43,141 nt of DNA, from the NCBI GenBank assembly GCA_038321985.1, contig JBBQFN010000041.1, positions 1 through 43,141 of the forward strand. The letters run 5' to 3'. Every line of letters begins with the position of its first letter. Position 1 is the first letter of the stretch. This document shows, one piece after another, positions 18,996 to 29,121 of the stretch. Source of the DNA: Cyanophyceae cyanobacterium. Its GTDB lineage: Bacteria; Cyanobacteriota; Cyanobacteriia; Cyanobacteriales; Laspinemataceae. A program made the position numbers and the translations under genes. The notes beneath the pieces were generated by a model that worked only from the letters and a program-made list of their open reading frames with translations, was not told the DNA's origin and made no database searches.

Positions 18996-21900
18996 TTATG
19001 AGGCTGTTTTTATCGGAATTTTAATCAAAAACTCCGCCCCGCATTCCGGTTGAGAATAACACTCTATGACTCCGCGATGTTTTTCCACAATAATTTGATA
19101 GCTAATCGACAATCCCAAGCCGGTTCCTTTTCCAACCGGCTTAGTCGTGAAAAATGGGTCGAATAAGCGATTTTTTACCGATTCTGATAGTCCCGGACCA
19201 TTGTCTTTAATTTTAATAACTACAAAATCGTCCGGGGTGAGTTCGGTATGAATGATAATTTGGGGAGAGGGGTTCACAAAACTTTTTTGGGAAATTTGAG
19301 TTGGGTCATTTTTTAAGTTTTTTGCTGGAGTTGTGACTTCCTCTACCGCATCGATCGCATTGGCAATAATGTTCATAAAGACTTGGTTTAATTGACCAGG
19401 ATAACACTCAATTAAGGGTAACTTACCGTATTCTTTTATCACCTGAATCCGAGGTAACCGATGTTGCAATATTAGCAATGTGTTGTCGATGCCCTCGTGA
19501 AGATCTACCGGCTTTTTCTGAGATTCATCCAGCCTGGAAAAATTCCGTAAAGACAAAACAATTTGTCGAATTCGTTCCGATCCAAATTTCATCGAATGTA
19601 GGGCTTTAGGCAAATCCTCTAAAATAAATTCTAGATCCACTTCTGCGAGCAACTCTTGAATTTCCGGAACAGGCTGTGGATAGTAATACTGATACATTTC
19701 TATCAAAGGTAAAATCTCTTGAAAATAATGATAGGCATGAATAGCATTTCCGTGAATAAAGGTCACAGGATTATTAATTTCATGAGCAATTCCAGCCACC
19801 ATTTGACCGAGACTGGACATTTTCTCCGTCTGAATGAGTTGGGTTTGGGTTTCTCTGAGTTGATGTAAGGCTTGTTCCAGACGTTGTGCTTGGTCCCGCG
19901 CTTGCTGTGCAGCAGCAAGAGATTGGGTGTAGAGTTCCCCTTGGTCGATCGCAATCGTGAGGCGATCAATAACCGATTGCATTAACGACACCTCGCTATC
20001 TTTCCAAGGACGTACCGCGCTACAATTAACGCAACTTAACACCCCCACTTGTCCCGAATGCGTCTGTAACGGCAGGGATAGCAAGGATTTAAACCCCCAA
20101 GCGCGAAAATCCTCTTGGACTATCGCATCCGGATAAGATTCCACCCTATCAATGCCAATCGGTTCCAGTTGCAAACACTCAGTAGTCCAAGGTTCACTGG
20201 CAAAATAGAATCCTAGGGTACTCAAAACCCCCGGCGATCGCGCTTCTTTGACCGTTTCCCAGTTTAGAACCTTGCAATGACTTTGTTGCCTTGGCGATCG
20301 TGTTCCTTCCCGAGGCATCCCATTAGGCCGATACCAGCTAAAATAACAAAGTTCAATTTGCAACAAGTCCCGGATTTTTTTCACGGTTGTTTCCAAAATC
20401 GTCTCTAAATCTAAAGACTGACGAATTTGTTCCGTGAGTTGATTTAACAGGGCTTCCCGCGACACTTTTTCTTGTAACCGTTCCTCCGATCTCCGCAATG
20501 CTGCCTCAGTCTTTTTGCGCTTGGTAATCTCCTCTACCGTTCCCTCATAATAGAGTAACGTTCCCTGCTCATCCCGCACGGCCCTTGCATTCTCAGCAAT
20601 CCAAATAATCTTGCCATTATTGCAGTAAACCTGAGACTCAAAATCTGAAATTTTGTCATGCCGAGAAATTTCCTCAATAAACTGAAACCGGCGATTTTCA
20701 TCCACATACAGTTGATGATGTACCGTTCTGAGTTCCTGCATCACTTGCTGGGGCAAATCATACCCATAAATCTTTGCCAAGGCGGTATTTGCGCTGATAT
20801 ATTCTCCCTCGGGCGTCGTCTGAAAAATCCCCATAATCGCATTTTCAAAAATGCTACGATATTTTTCCTCCGCTTGACGCAGTGCCGCCTCAGCTAATTC
20901 CCGCGAGGCTATTTCCTCCCGCAAGTGGGCGATCACTTCCTGTAATTGTTCCGTGCGCTCTTCTACCCGATTTTCTAACGCTTCATTCGCCGCTTTCAGA
21001 GTATCTTGATACTGCTGACGCTCCGTAATATCCTGTACCAACGAAGCCACCCCAATTGGATTTCCATCCGGATCAATTAAAGGGGTGTTGTACCATTCAC
21101 AGACGATAGTCTGACCCGTTTTAGTAAAATTCTCATTGGTGCTGCGCGTCCCCCCGCTTTGTTTTAATAACTTTAGGAAAACTTGGTTAACGTGCTCCCG
21201 GGCAGTCTCTGGGACAATCAGTTCTACTGCATGACGGTTGATCGCTTCACTTTTGCAGTAACCAAATATTTTTTCCGCCGCCGGATTCCAATCCCTTATC
21301 TCAAAATTTAAGTCCCATTCAATCACGGCCAAGGGAGTTTGTTTAAAATGTAATCCCAGTCTTTGTTCCGACTGTCTCAGGGATTCTTGGGAAATTTTTC
21401 GATCCGTAATTTCCATGAGTAATCCATCCCATAAAATATCCCCATTCTCTTGCTTTTCCGGGCGAGAATGACCTTCAATCCACTGAATTTTACCCGAGGG
21501 GTTGATAAATCGTCCCTCCCAGTGCCAAGGTTCTAAAGTTTCAGCGGAAAGGGCTACGGAACGGGAAAACCTGGGTAAATCATCGGGGTGAATTAGGTTA
21601 ACTAATACCTGAGCATTCTTTTCAATTGACTCCGCATCAATTTCAAAAAAATCCTGACATCCCGGACTCATATAAGGAAAAACTACTGCTCCATTAGGAC
21701 GCATCAGAAATTGATAAATTACTCCCGGCAAGTTAGCAGCTAAGTGCTGGAACCTTCGCTGGGCGAGGGTAAGTTTTTCTTCAGTTTGCTTGAGGGGGGT
21801 GATATCAAATTGAAGGGCAATGTATTTGAAGGGAATTCCCTCAGCATTCAGAATTGGGTTAATCGTTGTCTCTACCCAGTAAAATGAGCCATCTTTGCGC

Positions 21901-22178
21901 TTGTTTTTAATTTCTCCTCGCCAAACTTGACCTTGGGCGATCGCCTCCCACAGTGCCGTAAAAAATTCCCGAGGATGAAATCCGGAGTTAACAATTTCCG
22001 GGGTGCGACCCAGGAGTTCCTCCCGACTATAGCCCGATATTTCTATAAATTTATCGTTCACCTGGGTGATTCGTCCGCGATCGTCGGTTTCAATCACGAT
22101 CACAGTATTATTCACCGCAGACTTCCAATTGAGTAAATTTTCGTGGCACTGTTGCAAGTTGATTGAGCAAGTCGTCAT
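18996..22178 (-). CDS. Cytoplasmic multi-sensor histidine kinase (4 PAS + GAF + HisKA + HATPase)
   Basis: Four PAS/PAC repeats, GAF, EKMSSLGQMVAGIAHEINNP H-box, NQVFMNIIANAIDA, DNGPG, FDPFFTTKPVGKGTGLGLSIS. Confidence 0.93.
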   Translation of the reverse strand: MTTCSINLQQCHENLLNWKSAVNNTVIVIETDDRGRITQVNDKFIEISGYSREELLGRTPEIVNSGFHPREFFTALWEAIAQGQVWRGEIKNKRKDGSFYWVETTINPILNAEGIPFKYIALQFDITPLKQTEEKLTLAQRRFQHLAANLPGVIYQFLMRPNGAVVFPYMSPGCQDFFEIDAESIEKNAQVLVNLIHPDDLPRFSRSVALSAETLEPWHWEGRFINPSGKIQWIEGHSRPEKQENGDILWDGLLMEITDRKISQESLRQSEQRLGLHFKQTPLAVIEWDLNFEIRDWNPAAEKIFGYCKSEAINRHAVELIVPETAREHVNQVFLKLLKQSGGTRSTNENFTKTGQTIVCEWYNTPLIDPDGNPIGVASLVQDITERQQYQDTLKAANEALENRVEERTEQLQEVIAHLREEIASRELAEAALRQAEEKYRSIFENAIMGIFQTTPEGEYISANTALAKIYGYDLPQQVMQELRTVHHQLYVDENRRFQFIEEISRHDKISDFESQVYCNNGKIIWIAENARAVRDEQGTLLYYEGTVEEITKRKKTEAALRRSEERLQEKVSREALLNQLTEQIRQSLDLETILETTVKKIRDLLQIELCYFSWYRPNGMPREGTRSPRQQSHCKVLNWETVKEARSPGVLSTLGFYFASEPWTTECLQLEPIGIDRVESYPDAIVQEDFRAWGFKSLLSLPLQTHSGQVGVLSCVNCSAVRPWKDSEVSLMQSVIDRLTIAIDQGELYTQSLAAAQQARDQAQRLEQALHQLRETQTQLIQTEKMSSLGQMVAGIAHEINNPVTFIHGNAIHAYHYFQEILPLIEMYQYYYPQPVPEIQELLAEVDLEFILEDLPKALHSMKFGSERIRQIVLSLRNFSRLDESQKKPVDLHEGIDNTLLILQHRLPRIQVIKEYGKLPLIECYPGQLNQVFMNIIANAIDAVEEVTTPAKNLKNDPTQISQKSFVNPSPQIIIHTELTPDDFVVIKIKDNGPGLSESVKNRLFDPFFTTKPVGKGTGLGLSISYQIIVEKHRGVIECYSQPECGAEFLIKIPIKTAS

Positions 22179-22465
22179 GGGCGTTACCTGGAGGGTACAA
22201 CTGGGTTGAGGTTCTTCATCTATTAAAGCGATTTCATTGGCTAGAGTGATGGATTGTTGCGAACTTTAACACTCGGGCCCTAGTTAGAGAACCCCAACTG
22301 GAACGATTAAAGTCTCTCAACTCCTACTCTTGTGTCACCCAGAGGGAAATCGAGGCTAGCATCCCCCGGCAGTCGCCTTTCCCCTCCCGGGGATTTGCAC
22401 CGACTCCCCCTGGGGATGTTCGGTTATTACGACCGAATTCGTGATCACCCCACCTGTAACAATTC

Positions 22466-22493
22466 TTTACGCTTTGTTACAGTTATTTACATA
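22466..22493 (+). promoter_or_regulatory. HLR1-like (RpaB) direct repeat
   Basis: TTTACGCT-TT-GTTACAGT-TA-TTTACATA; three units at 10-nt period matching (G/T)TTACA(T/A)(T/A)-N2. Confidence 0.6.
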
Positions 22494-22518
22494 AGGAACA
22501 CAAACATAGGTTAATTTA

Positions 22519-22761
22519 ATGAAAACTGACTTTAATTTCCCCGGCAAGTACCTCATGGGTCCCGTAGTCTTTCGCCCCAGCTTTAACGAGCAATCCGAAG
22601 AAATTAACGTTAATCAAGCCTGGTCCTTATTTTTCACCGCAGGACAAGAAGATAAAGCATTGGGATTCAATACGGAGGCGGGTCGATTTTTCACTAACCT
22701 GCTGATGGCGATCGGTGTGAGTGGGATTGTATGGGCTTTAATCTTTAACAATATGGGTTAG
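22519..22761 (+). CDS. Small membrane protein of unknown function
   Basis: 80-aa ORF with C-terminal TM helix, own upstream motif and own terminator. Confidence 0.75.
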   Translation: MKTDFNFPGKYLMGPVVFRPSFNEQSEEINVNQAWSLFFTAGQEDKALGFNTEAGRFFTNLLMAIGVSGIVWALIFNNMG

Positions 22762-22778
22762 ATCCTCCCCGATTCATT

Positions 22779-22801
22779 AAGCCCGCGTAAGCGGGCTTTT
22801 T
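22779..22801 (+). terminator. Rho-independent terminator
   Basis: AAGCCCGC-GTAA-GCGGGCTT-TTT. Confidence 0.85.
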
Positions 22802-22838
22802 GCTGTTTACCCTTTAGGGTGCAGGGTCTTGAATCCCC

Positions 22839-22874
22839 CAAAAAAGGCCCCCCCTCAAACAGGGAAGGCCTTTT
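22839..22874 (-). terminator. Probable terminator for the Ycf45-like gene
   Basis: AAAAAAGGCC...GGCCTTTT inverted repeat 22 nt past the stop. Confidence 0.5.
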
Positions 22875-22896
22875 CAAAATGAGTCCAGATAACCGT

Positions 22897-24747
22897 TTAA
22901 GCGGGATAAATCCGGAGACGGCGATTGGGTTCATCTCCAAAACTGCAAGACTTTAACCGATAGTGTTCCACCAACTCGTGCTGCATCTTGCGAACTTGTC
23001 CCCCTCGCGGCAATAGTTCTACCGGCTGTCCCTTGGGAATCACAATTTGTTCCACAGCCAAACGTGCTTCTTCCAGGGCCTCGATTTCATCATGGCTGCC
23101 ACTTTGGGCGAACAGGGACACATCGGACACTTCTGGAGTGTCCCCTTCATCCAGATGCAACATCCGGCGTAAGGAATGGGCAATCTTGGGAACGCTGCTG
23201 GAATTAATCGTGAAGATGGGGACCTGCCGGTTTTTGGACATTTGCCGCAACTTAGAATGGTTTTTAACGTGCGATCGCACAGCTAACACCACATCGGCAC
23301 TATCAATATCCTTCGTCACCACCACCGGCAGGGCCAAGGTCCGAATCACCTGATCCAACTGATGACGGCTGACCCCATAAGGGTAGACGTGCAGGGGCAA
23401 ATCCTCCCCATTGGGTCCGGCGAGGGCGAGGGGGGAGATTTCCTCAAACCCATAATCCGCCGCCGAAGAAAAGCCATCGCTCGGATATAACGACTCATTC
23501 AGCATCTGCTCAAAGGACTTTTCCTCCGGCACCGCCTTGGGGCGAGAAGAGCGCCCTAACTCCGGCAAGGTTTGCATCGGTAAAGGCTGCATTTTGCCAC
23601 TTGAGCGCAACCCGGCAGTCCCAAAAGGACGCACCGCCGCCGTTGCTGTGGGATTTTGCGGGGGTAACTCATTGGTAACCGTCACTTTCCCAGTTTCGCT
23701 CACGGTCCGCGCTTGCAAAGGGGGCTGTCGTCCGCGCAGCAAACTATCTACCGTTTCTGATACCCGTTCATGAACTACCCAGCGCTTGCGTTCGCTCATT
23801 TCCACCGCAATTTCAAACGTCGGTGGTGCTTTGCGTTCCAACACCGTTTTTTGAGAACCCCGCCGCCGCGCCTCTTCATCGCCGAGGGTCACGGACTGAA
23901 TCCCCCCGACCAAATCGCAGAGGGTGGGGTTTTTAATCAAGTTTTCAATCTGGTTACCGTGGGCGGTCCCGACCAACTGCACCCCTCGTTCTGCGATCGT
24001 CCGCGCTGCCAACGCTTCCAGTTCGGTGCCGATTTCATCGATGACAATCACTTCCGGCATATGGTTTTCCACCGCCTCGATCATCACCTTATGTTGAAAT
24101 TCCGGGGCCGCCACTTGCATCCGTCGCGCCCGCCCGATCGCCGGATGGGGAATATCGCCATCCCCAGCGATTTCGTTGGAGGTGTCGATAATCACCACCC
24201 GTTTGTGGAGTTCATCAGCTAACACCCGCGCAATTTCCCGCAATGCGGTGGTTTTGCCCACCCCCGGGCGGCCTAACATTAAAATGGATTGTCCGCTTTC
24301 AACTAAATCGCGGATCATGTGAATGGTGCCAAAGACAGACCTCCCCACCCGGCAGGTTAAGCCGATGATTTCCCCCGTCCGATTGCGAATGGCGCTGATT
24401 CGGTGCAGAGTTTGTTCGATACCCGCGCGATTGTCCCCACTAAAGTGACCGACTCGCTCGATCGCATATTTGAGATCCGAACGGGAGACGGGGGTATCGC
24501 TGATATACTCGGCTTGATTGGGAAAGCGAGCCTCGGGAAGGCGTCCCAAATCCATCACTACCTCAATTAAGCTACTCAGGGAGGAGTGCTTTTTTAAGTG
24601 ATGGCGAATGGACTCGGGCAAAATTTCTAGCAATTGGCTGAGATCGTCAGTAATCTGCATTCTTCCGAGATCGACGTTTTCCACTCCACTCTGTGCTTTG
24701 GGTTGGATCGGGTTGTCAATCGGTTGATTTCCCTGAGAATTAACCAT
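22897..24747 (-). CDS. Ycf45/SpoIIIAA-like AAA ATPase with C-terminal R3H domain
   Basis: GRPGVGKTT Walker A, IDTSNEIAGDG, EAVENHMPEVIVIDEIG, GTAHG; C-terminal R..QH.LVE.Y.L.S.SFG.EP.RR (R3H). Confidence 0.92.
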   Translation of the reverse strand: MVNSQGNQPIDNPIQPKAQSGVENVDLGRMQITDDLSQLLEILPESIRHHLKKHSSLSSLIEVVMDLGRLPEARFPNQAEYISDTPVSRSDLKYAIERVGHFSGDNRAGIEQTLHRISAIRNRTGEIIGLTCRVGRSVFGTIHMIRDLVESGQSILMLGRPGVGKTTALREIARVLADELHKRVVIIDTSNEIAGDGDIPHPAIGRARRMQVAAPEFQHKVMIEAVENHMPEVIVIDEIGTELEALAARTIAERGVQLVGTAHGNQIENLIKNPTLCDLVGGIQSVTLGDEEARRRGSQKTVLERKAPPTFEIAVEMSERKRWVVHERVSETVDSLLRGRQPPLQARTVSETGKVTVTNELPPQNPTATAAVRPFGTAGLRSSGKMQPLPMQTLPELGRSSRPKAVPEEKSFEQMLNESLYPSDGFSSAADYGFEEISPLALAGPNGEDLPLHVYPYGVSRHQLDQVIRTLALPVVVTKDIDSADVVLAVRSHVKNHSKLRQMSKNRQVPIFTINSSSVPKIAHSLRRMLHLDEGDTPEVSDVSLFAQSGSHDEIEALEEARLAVEQIVIPKGQPVELLPRGGQVRKMQHELVEHYRLKSCSFGDEPNRRLRIYPA

Positions 24748-24836
24748 AAATTCTTGCGTCGATAACTGAGCAGGACAAAAAGGTAAAAACCGAAAATGGA
24801 GAAGTCAAACGTTTGGAATCAATCAGGGGTGGTCTG

Positions 24837-26057
24837 TCATAGCTTTGTATTATTTGTATTATTCTGTAATTGTAAGTCAAATTTGATCTCAGAAACAAGG
24901 GAATAGGCTAAATCGACTGCTTCCCACAGTAAATCGGGGCAGTCTTCAAGAGCGTAAGTCCCCAAAAAATTCTCTCCCCGGTGTTGTTCAACCCGCTCTA
25001 AAATGGGGGATAACAATACGCGAGCATAGCTGCCGTAGGCGACTCCGGATAGAAAGGAGTTGGAATGGTTGTCTAGGGCGTTGACTTGACTCCCGCGCAA
25101 CAATCCCATTGATTTGAGTTTGGAAACCGTATGCTGATTGGTGCCCCCGGCGAGTTGTACAAAGCCCGGTAAACCCGCTTCTAATACTTTTTGACCCAAT
25201 TTAATTGCGGCGCGAGTCGTACCAATGCCGATATCTCCACTCATCGGGCGTCCGTCGGTTTGCCAGATCACCGCACAAGGGAGGGGAGCGATCGCCTGAT
25301 AAATTGCCCACAGATAATCAATCAGATTTTCCCCGTCGGGACAGCTAATGGCAACGACCTTCAGCTGGTCCACCGATGGGGCGATTGCACTCCAAAGGCG
25401 TTTAAAATCCTCGATTCGACCCACTTGGGTATGAATTTCTACCGCGTTTACGCCTTTAGATAACACCGATGGCGCAACGGCTGTCGGTGTCGAGACATAC
25501 GAACGGGTGACAATTTGTCCAATCGGACAAACCGGCAGGCAGCGTCCACATCCATAGCAGCGTTCTTCTATAACCCCGGCAGATTGAAACTCGGGTGAAT
25601 TTTGAGTAGTCTTAAAGGATGAATCACCGAGTTGGGGTAGGCGGTTTAATTCTGACCGGGGAAAGGCGATCGCTTGCGCAGGACAAATGGTTTCACAGGG
25701 TCGAGGACAATCGGGCGGACACTTTTCTGGATTAAATTCTGCTTTTCTAAAATGTGGGTCTTCCCCATCATTTAAACTGACCATTAGTAATGGCCGAGGA
25801 ATCCCTCTCCTTCCAAAGCGATCGCGATTGCCTCGTTTTTGAGCCTCTTGTCCTAGGATGACACCCGTTTCGATCGCGTCAACCGCAGCCGCAATCACCG
25901 CTGGATCCGCTGCAACATCGATGCAGTCAGCACCAGCTAAGCAATAGGCCAAAGTAATATTCCGCACAAACTGCAAGTGTTGAAAACTAGCACCGCAGAT
26001 TAGCTTGAACCAATGGCCTTCAGATAAGGATGTTAACGGGTCGTTCAAGTTGCTCAC
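24837..26057 (-). CDS. ldpA: Circadian input Fe-S protein LdpA
   Basis: WFKLICGAS, GADCIDVAADPAV, DGEDPHFRKA, CPPDCPRPCETICP and CYGCGRCLPVCP, WQTDGRPMSGDIG, QLAGGTN. Confidence 0.95.
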   Translation of the reverse strand: MSNLNDPLTSLSEGHWFKLICGASFQHLQFVRNITLAYCLAGADCIDVAADPAVIAAAVDAIETGVILGQEAQKRGNRDRFGRRGIPRPLLMVSLNDGEDPHFRKAEFNPEKCPPDCPRPCETICPAQAIAFPRSELNRLPQLGDSSFKTTQNSPEFQSAGVIEERCYGCGRCLPVCPIGQIVTRSYVSTPTAVAPSVLSKGVNAVEIHTQVGRIEDFKRLWSAIAPSVDQLKVVAISCPDGENLIDYLWAIYQAIAPLPCAVIWQTDGRPMSGDIGIGTTRAAIKLGQKVLEAGLPGFVQLAGGTNQHTVSKLKSMGLLRGSQVNALDNHSNSFLSGVAYGSYARVLLSPILERVEQHRGENFLGTYALEDCPDLLWEAVDLAYSLVSEIKFDLQLQNNTNNTKL

Positions 26058-26302
26058 ATCTATATGCTAATCTGAGCGGTCACAAATGGGGAGAGCTTGC
26101 CTTAATTTACTCCTAGGGGAATAGGGGTAAGGAATACGACAACTGTCTCCACAGTTGAGGCTCAATGTTGATGGCGATCGCCCCTCATTTCCAGATTTAG
26201 GGAAATGCCACCCTTTTTAGTCTATATCTAGCGTTTGAAGTCCACCCACTCGCCGGGAAAATTCCTGAGAAGCTGCCGCTATTTCCCTCTTTACAACTTC
26301 TA

Positions 26303-26848
26303 TTAGCCCTCTCCCCTTTTTTGTGACGGGGTTGCCTCCAAATAGGCGATCGCTGCTTCCAACTTAGACGAGTAATGGTCCGAAAATTGTCCAAACCAAA
26401 ACCCTTCATCAGAATACGGATCTAACTTTTTTAACCACTCCTGGGCTTGTTTCGCTAACCCCTCGCGCTGCTGCTGCTTGAGACGTTCCAGCTTTTTCGC
26501 CTCTTCCTGGCGTTCTTGTTCCCGTTTGAGTTGTTCCGCTTGCTCTTGTTCCTCCAACTCCCGCTTCACATCCCCGAACAAATGCTCTATATTTCCCCTC
26601 AATCCCCCGGAAGTTGGCTCCAAATTAATCGGGTTAAAACTCAAAGTCGGCTGCACTTCTAGGTTCTTAGATTCCGCCTGAACCTGGTCCAACAAACTGT
26701 CTAAATTATACCCCACCTTTTGGGCAGGGGGAGACTGTGAATTAGATGTGGACAATGGCGCTTTTGCCGGCACTTGCTCCGGCGATTTCGCCCCTGCATT
26801 CTGATTTTCTACCTTAATTTCCTCTAATAACTTCTCAATTGAATCCAT
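26303..26848 (-). CDS. Acidic/coiled-coil protein (resembles Slr1339-family salt-stress protein)
   Basis: Start moved to MDSIEKLL (ATG 26848); EQ/R-rich coiled coil; C-terminal A..WLKKLDPYSDEG.WF..F...Y.S.LEAAI.YL; family assignment from memory. Confidence 0.7.
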   Translation of the reverse strand: MDSIEKLLEEIKVENQNAGAKSPEQVPAKAPLSTSNSQSPPAQKVGYNLDSLLDQVQAESKNLEVQPTLSFNPINLEPTSGGLRGNIEHLFGDVKRELEEQEQAEQLKREQERQEEAKKLERLKQQQREGLAKQAQEWLKKLDPYSDEGFWFGQFSDHYSSKLEAAIAYLEATPSQKRGEG

Positions 26849-27006
26849 ATTTTTAACTTCCCGGTTTACCAACAATGAATGATTTGAGAGGCTAGATTGC
26901 GCGATAGACCCTAGCCCAATTATGACATTTTTACCCCCCGATAAAAAGACTAAAAATAGATACAATAGTCAAAACAAAGCAACTTTTTCTCAGGGATGCG
27001 GCGGGT

Positions 27007-27546
27007 ATGAACTCCAATCAAGAACAAGGAAGCAATGACGATATTTCGCGCCGCGCCAGACAGCATGAAGCCTTTGTTGCTAATGTTCTGGCTAAATATA
27101 AGACATTAGACCCCTTATTAGCCCAAGGAAGATGGCAAGAAGCTGACTGGGAAACAAGACGCTTGATGCTATCGATTGCCGGTGCCGATCGCCGATCCGA
27201 TTGTTTGCTGACTGAAACCGATATTCGGAGTTTTCCTTGTACCGATTTGCGTATCCTAGACCGACTCTGGAGGCGTCACAGTCAAGGTCGTTTCGGGTTT
27301 AGCGTCATCCACCAGATTTATCAAGATGTTGAGCGGGATTATGCTCAGTTAGCTGATATTGTGGGATGGCGCAACGGTGATCACTGGATCAATTCGGAGC
27401 AAATCAAGTTTAGTAAGACAGCGCCAGTGGGTCATCTCCCAATTACGTGGTTGGTGCCCATGACTTTTTCCACCTATTGGTTGGCGCGGTTTGCTTCGGC
27501 AGGATGGAGATTGCTTTTAGAACGAACGGGAGAATGCCAGTTATAG
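27007..27546 (+). CDS. Stand-alone GUN4-like domain protein
   Basis: L..LLA...W.EAD.ET..LML, FPC.DL..LD.LW...S.GRFGFSV...IY, VGWR, AP.GHLP; lacks the N-terminal helical domain of true Gun4. Confidence 0.85.
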   Translation: MNSNQEQGSNDDISRRARQHEAFVANVLAKYKTLDPLLAQGRWQEADWETRRLMLSIAGADRRSDCLLTETDIRSFPCTDLRILDRLWRRHSQGRFGFSVIHQIYQDVERDYAQLADIVGWRNGDHWINSEQIKFSKTAPVGHLPITWLVPMTFSTYWLARFASAGWRLLLERTGECQL

Positions 27547-27674
27547 CATTCCTTCAGTTTTCCGAGGTCCATGAGTTATCCAAAACCCTAACCTCTACTT
27601 GTTCCATTGCTAACTCCCTCCCAGGGGATGAGATTTCTCTGATAGAAACCACCCCCTAGCAGCGCAATGAAAAT

Positions 27675-28277
27675 CTAATCCCCGATCGCCTTCAGCAACA
27701 CCTCCGAGAGAGTCAAATCCTCCATATCATCAATCGTCATTGTATCCACAATATCAAACTTTGCTCCTACCCCTTCCAACTCATCATCCACGGCTTTTAG
27801 AAAGCGAGTGGCTTGTGCATCATTTCCTACTTGAATTATGGAAATTGCTAACTCTTCATCCCGTTCCATCTGACGAGTCGCCTCCACAATCACCCGCATC
27901 ACCGCCTTGCGATCGTCCGGTTCTCCATCCGTAATCACCAGAATTGTTTCCCCGGATTTCGACTCGCCCGCCGCTTTATTTTTAAAATAATGATTCACTG
28001 CATCTTGGAGTACCGAGGCCAAATCGGTTCTCCCTGACGGTTCATTTTCTTGGAATATTTGGGCTACTTTCCCCGAAGTTACGTTATCATAGCGCTGAAA
28101 CCGACCGGAAAAAACATACACCGTAATACCATCTGGATCGAGTTGTTCGCACTTTGCCGCCAAAGCAAAGGTAGATTCTTGAGCCGATGACCAACGGGTT
28201 TTCCCCCCACTTCCATCCGGAGTCATCATACTGCCGCTTTTATCAACAATCAACGTATAATCTCGATTTTCTAACAT
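27675..28277 (-). CDS. vWA domain protein, paralogue 3
   Basis: MIDAS DKSGS, GRTDL, ITDGEPDD, IQVG. Confidence 0.9.
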   Translation of the reverse strand: MLENRDYTLIVDKSGSMMTPDGSGGKTRWSSAQESTFALAAKCEQLDPDGITVYVFSGRFQRYDNVTSGKVAQIFQENEPSGRTDLASVLQDAVNHYFKNKAAGESKSGETILVITDGEPDDRKAVMRVIVEATRQMERDEELAISIIQVGNDAQATRFLKAVDDELEGVGAKFDIVDTMTIDDMEDLTLSEVLLKAIGD

Positions 28278-28350
28278 AATTTTGGGGTGTTTTATCTTAC
28301 AAAAGGGTAAAATTCCCGCCGTTGCAGGAATGTCATCGAGTGGCTAGATC

Positions 28351-28956
28351 TTAATCAACGATCGCCCGTAACAGCACCTCTTTTAAGGGAGTCTCTTCCA
28401 TATCTTCCATCGTAATGGTATCTACAATATCAAATTTAGCTCCCACTCCTTGCAAATCATCATCTAGTGCTTTTAAAAACCGAGTGGCTTGTGCATCGTT
28501 ACCCACTTGGATAAAAGACATCGCTAATTCTTCATCTCGGTCCATTTGACGGCTGGCTTTAATAATCACTTCCATCACCGCCTTGCGATCGTCCGGTTCC
28601 CCGTCGGTCACAATGAGAATTGTTTCTCCATTGGGTTTAGTTCCCCCCGAAGATTTGCGCTGAAAATACTGATTAACCGCATCTTGAAGGACAGCCCCTA
28701 AGTTGGTCCGTCCCATCGGCTCATTTTCTTGATAGATTTGAGCTACTTTAGCAGCCGTGACGTTATCGTAGCGTTGAAATCGCCCCGAAAACAAATAAAT
28801 AGTAATCCCATCGGGGTCAAACTCCTCGCATTTTCTGGCTACAGCCAGGGTAGACTCCTGGGCCACTTCCCAGCGGGTTTTACCTCCCGGTTGATCCGGA
28901 ATGGACATACTGCCACTTTTGTCGATAATTAGAGTATAATCTCGATTTTCTACCAT
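28351..28956 (-). CDS. vWA domain protein, paralogue 2
   Basis: Start moved to MVENRDY by alignment to paralogues (GGAG Shine-Dalgarno); DKSGS, GRTNL, VTDGEPDD. Confidence 0.9.
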   Translation of the reverse strand: MVENRDYTLIIDKSGSMSIPDQPGGKTRWEVAQESTLAVARKCEEFDPDGITIYLFSGRFQRYDNVTAAKVAQIYQENEPMGRTNLGAVLQDAVNQYFQRKSSGGTKPNGETILIVTDGEPDDRKAVMEVIIKASRQMDRDEELAMSFIQVGNDAQATRFLKALDDDLQGVGAKFDIVDTITMEDMEETPLKEVLLRAIVD

Positions 28957-29121
28957 GATATTTTCTCCAGGGAATGAATTAAACAGCATCCGATGGAAAC
29001 GGGCCGCCAAGGGAAACTCACTTTAGATAAATTGAATTTAAACCCTTCAGAAACGGTGCCAATCCTTAACAGCATTTGCCGTAAGTCCGTAGCCTCCTAT
29101 TTCCGAATGGTAAGGGATGAG

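Noticed and set aside
19880..20460. GAF of the histidine kinase as a photoreceptor
   Set aside because: No DXCF/DXXL motif or Cys-His chromophore site
22988..24222. + strand ORFs of 78-150 aa
   Set aside because: Antisense to the Ycf45-like gene; no recognisable domains
27007..27546. Calling this gene gun4
   Set aside because: Lacks the N-terminal domain and canonical C-terminal motif of the Mg-chelatase activator; treated as a GUN4-like paralogue
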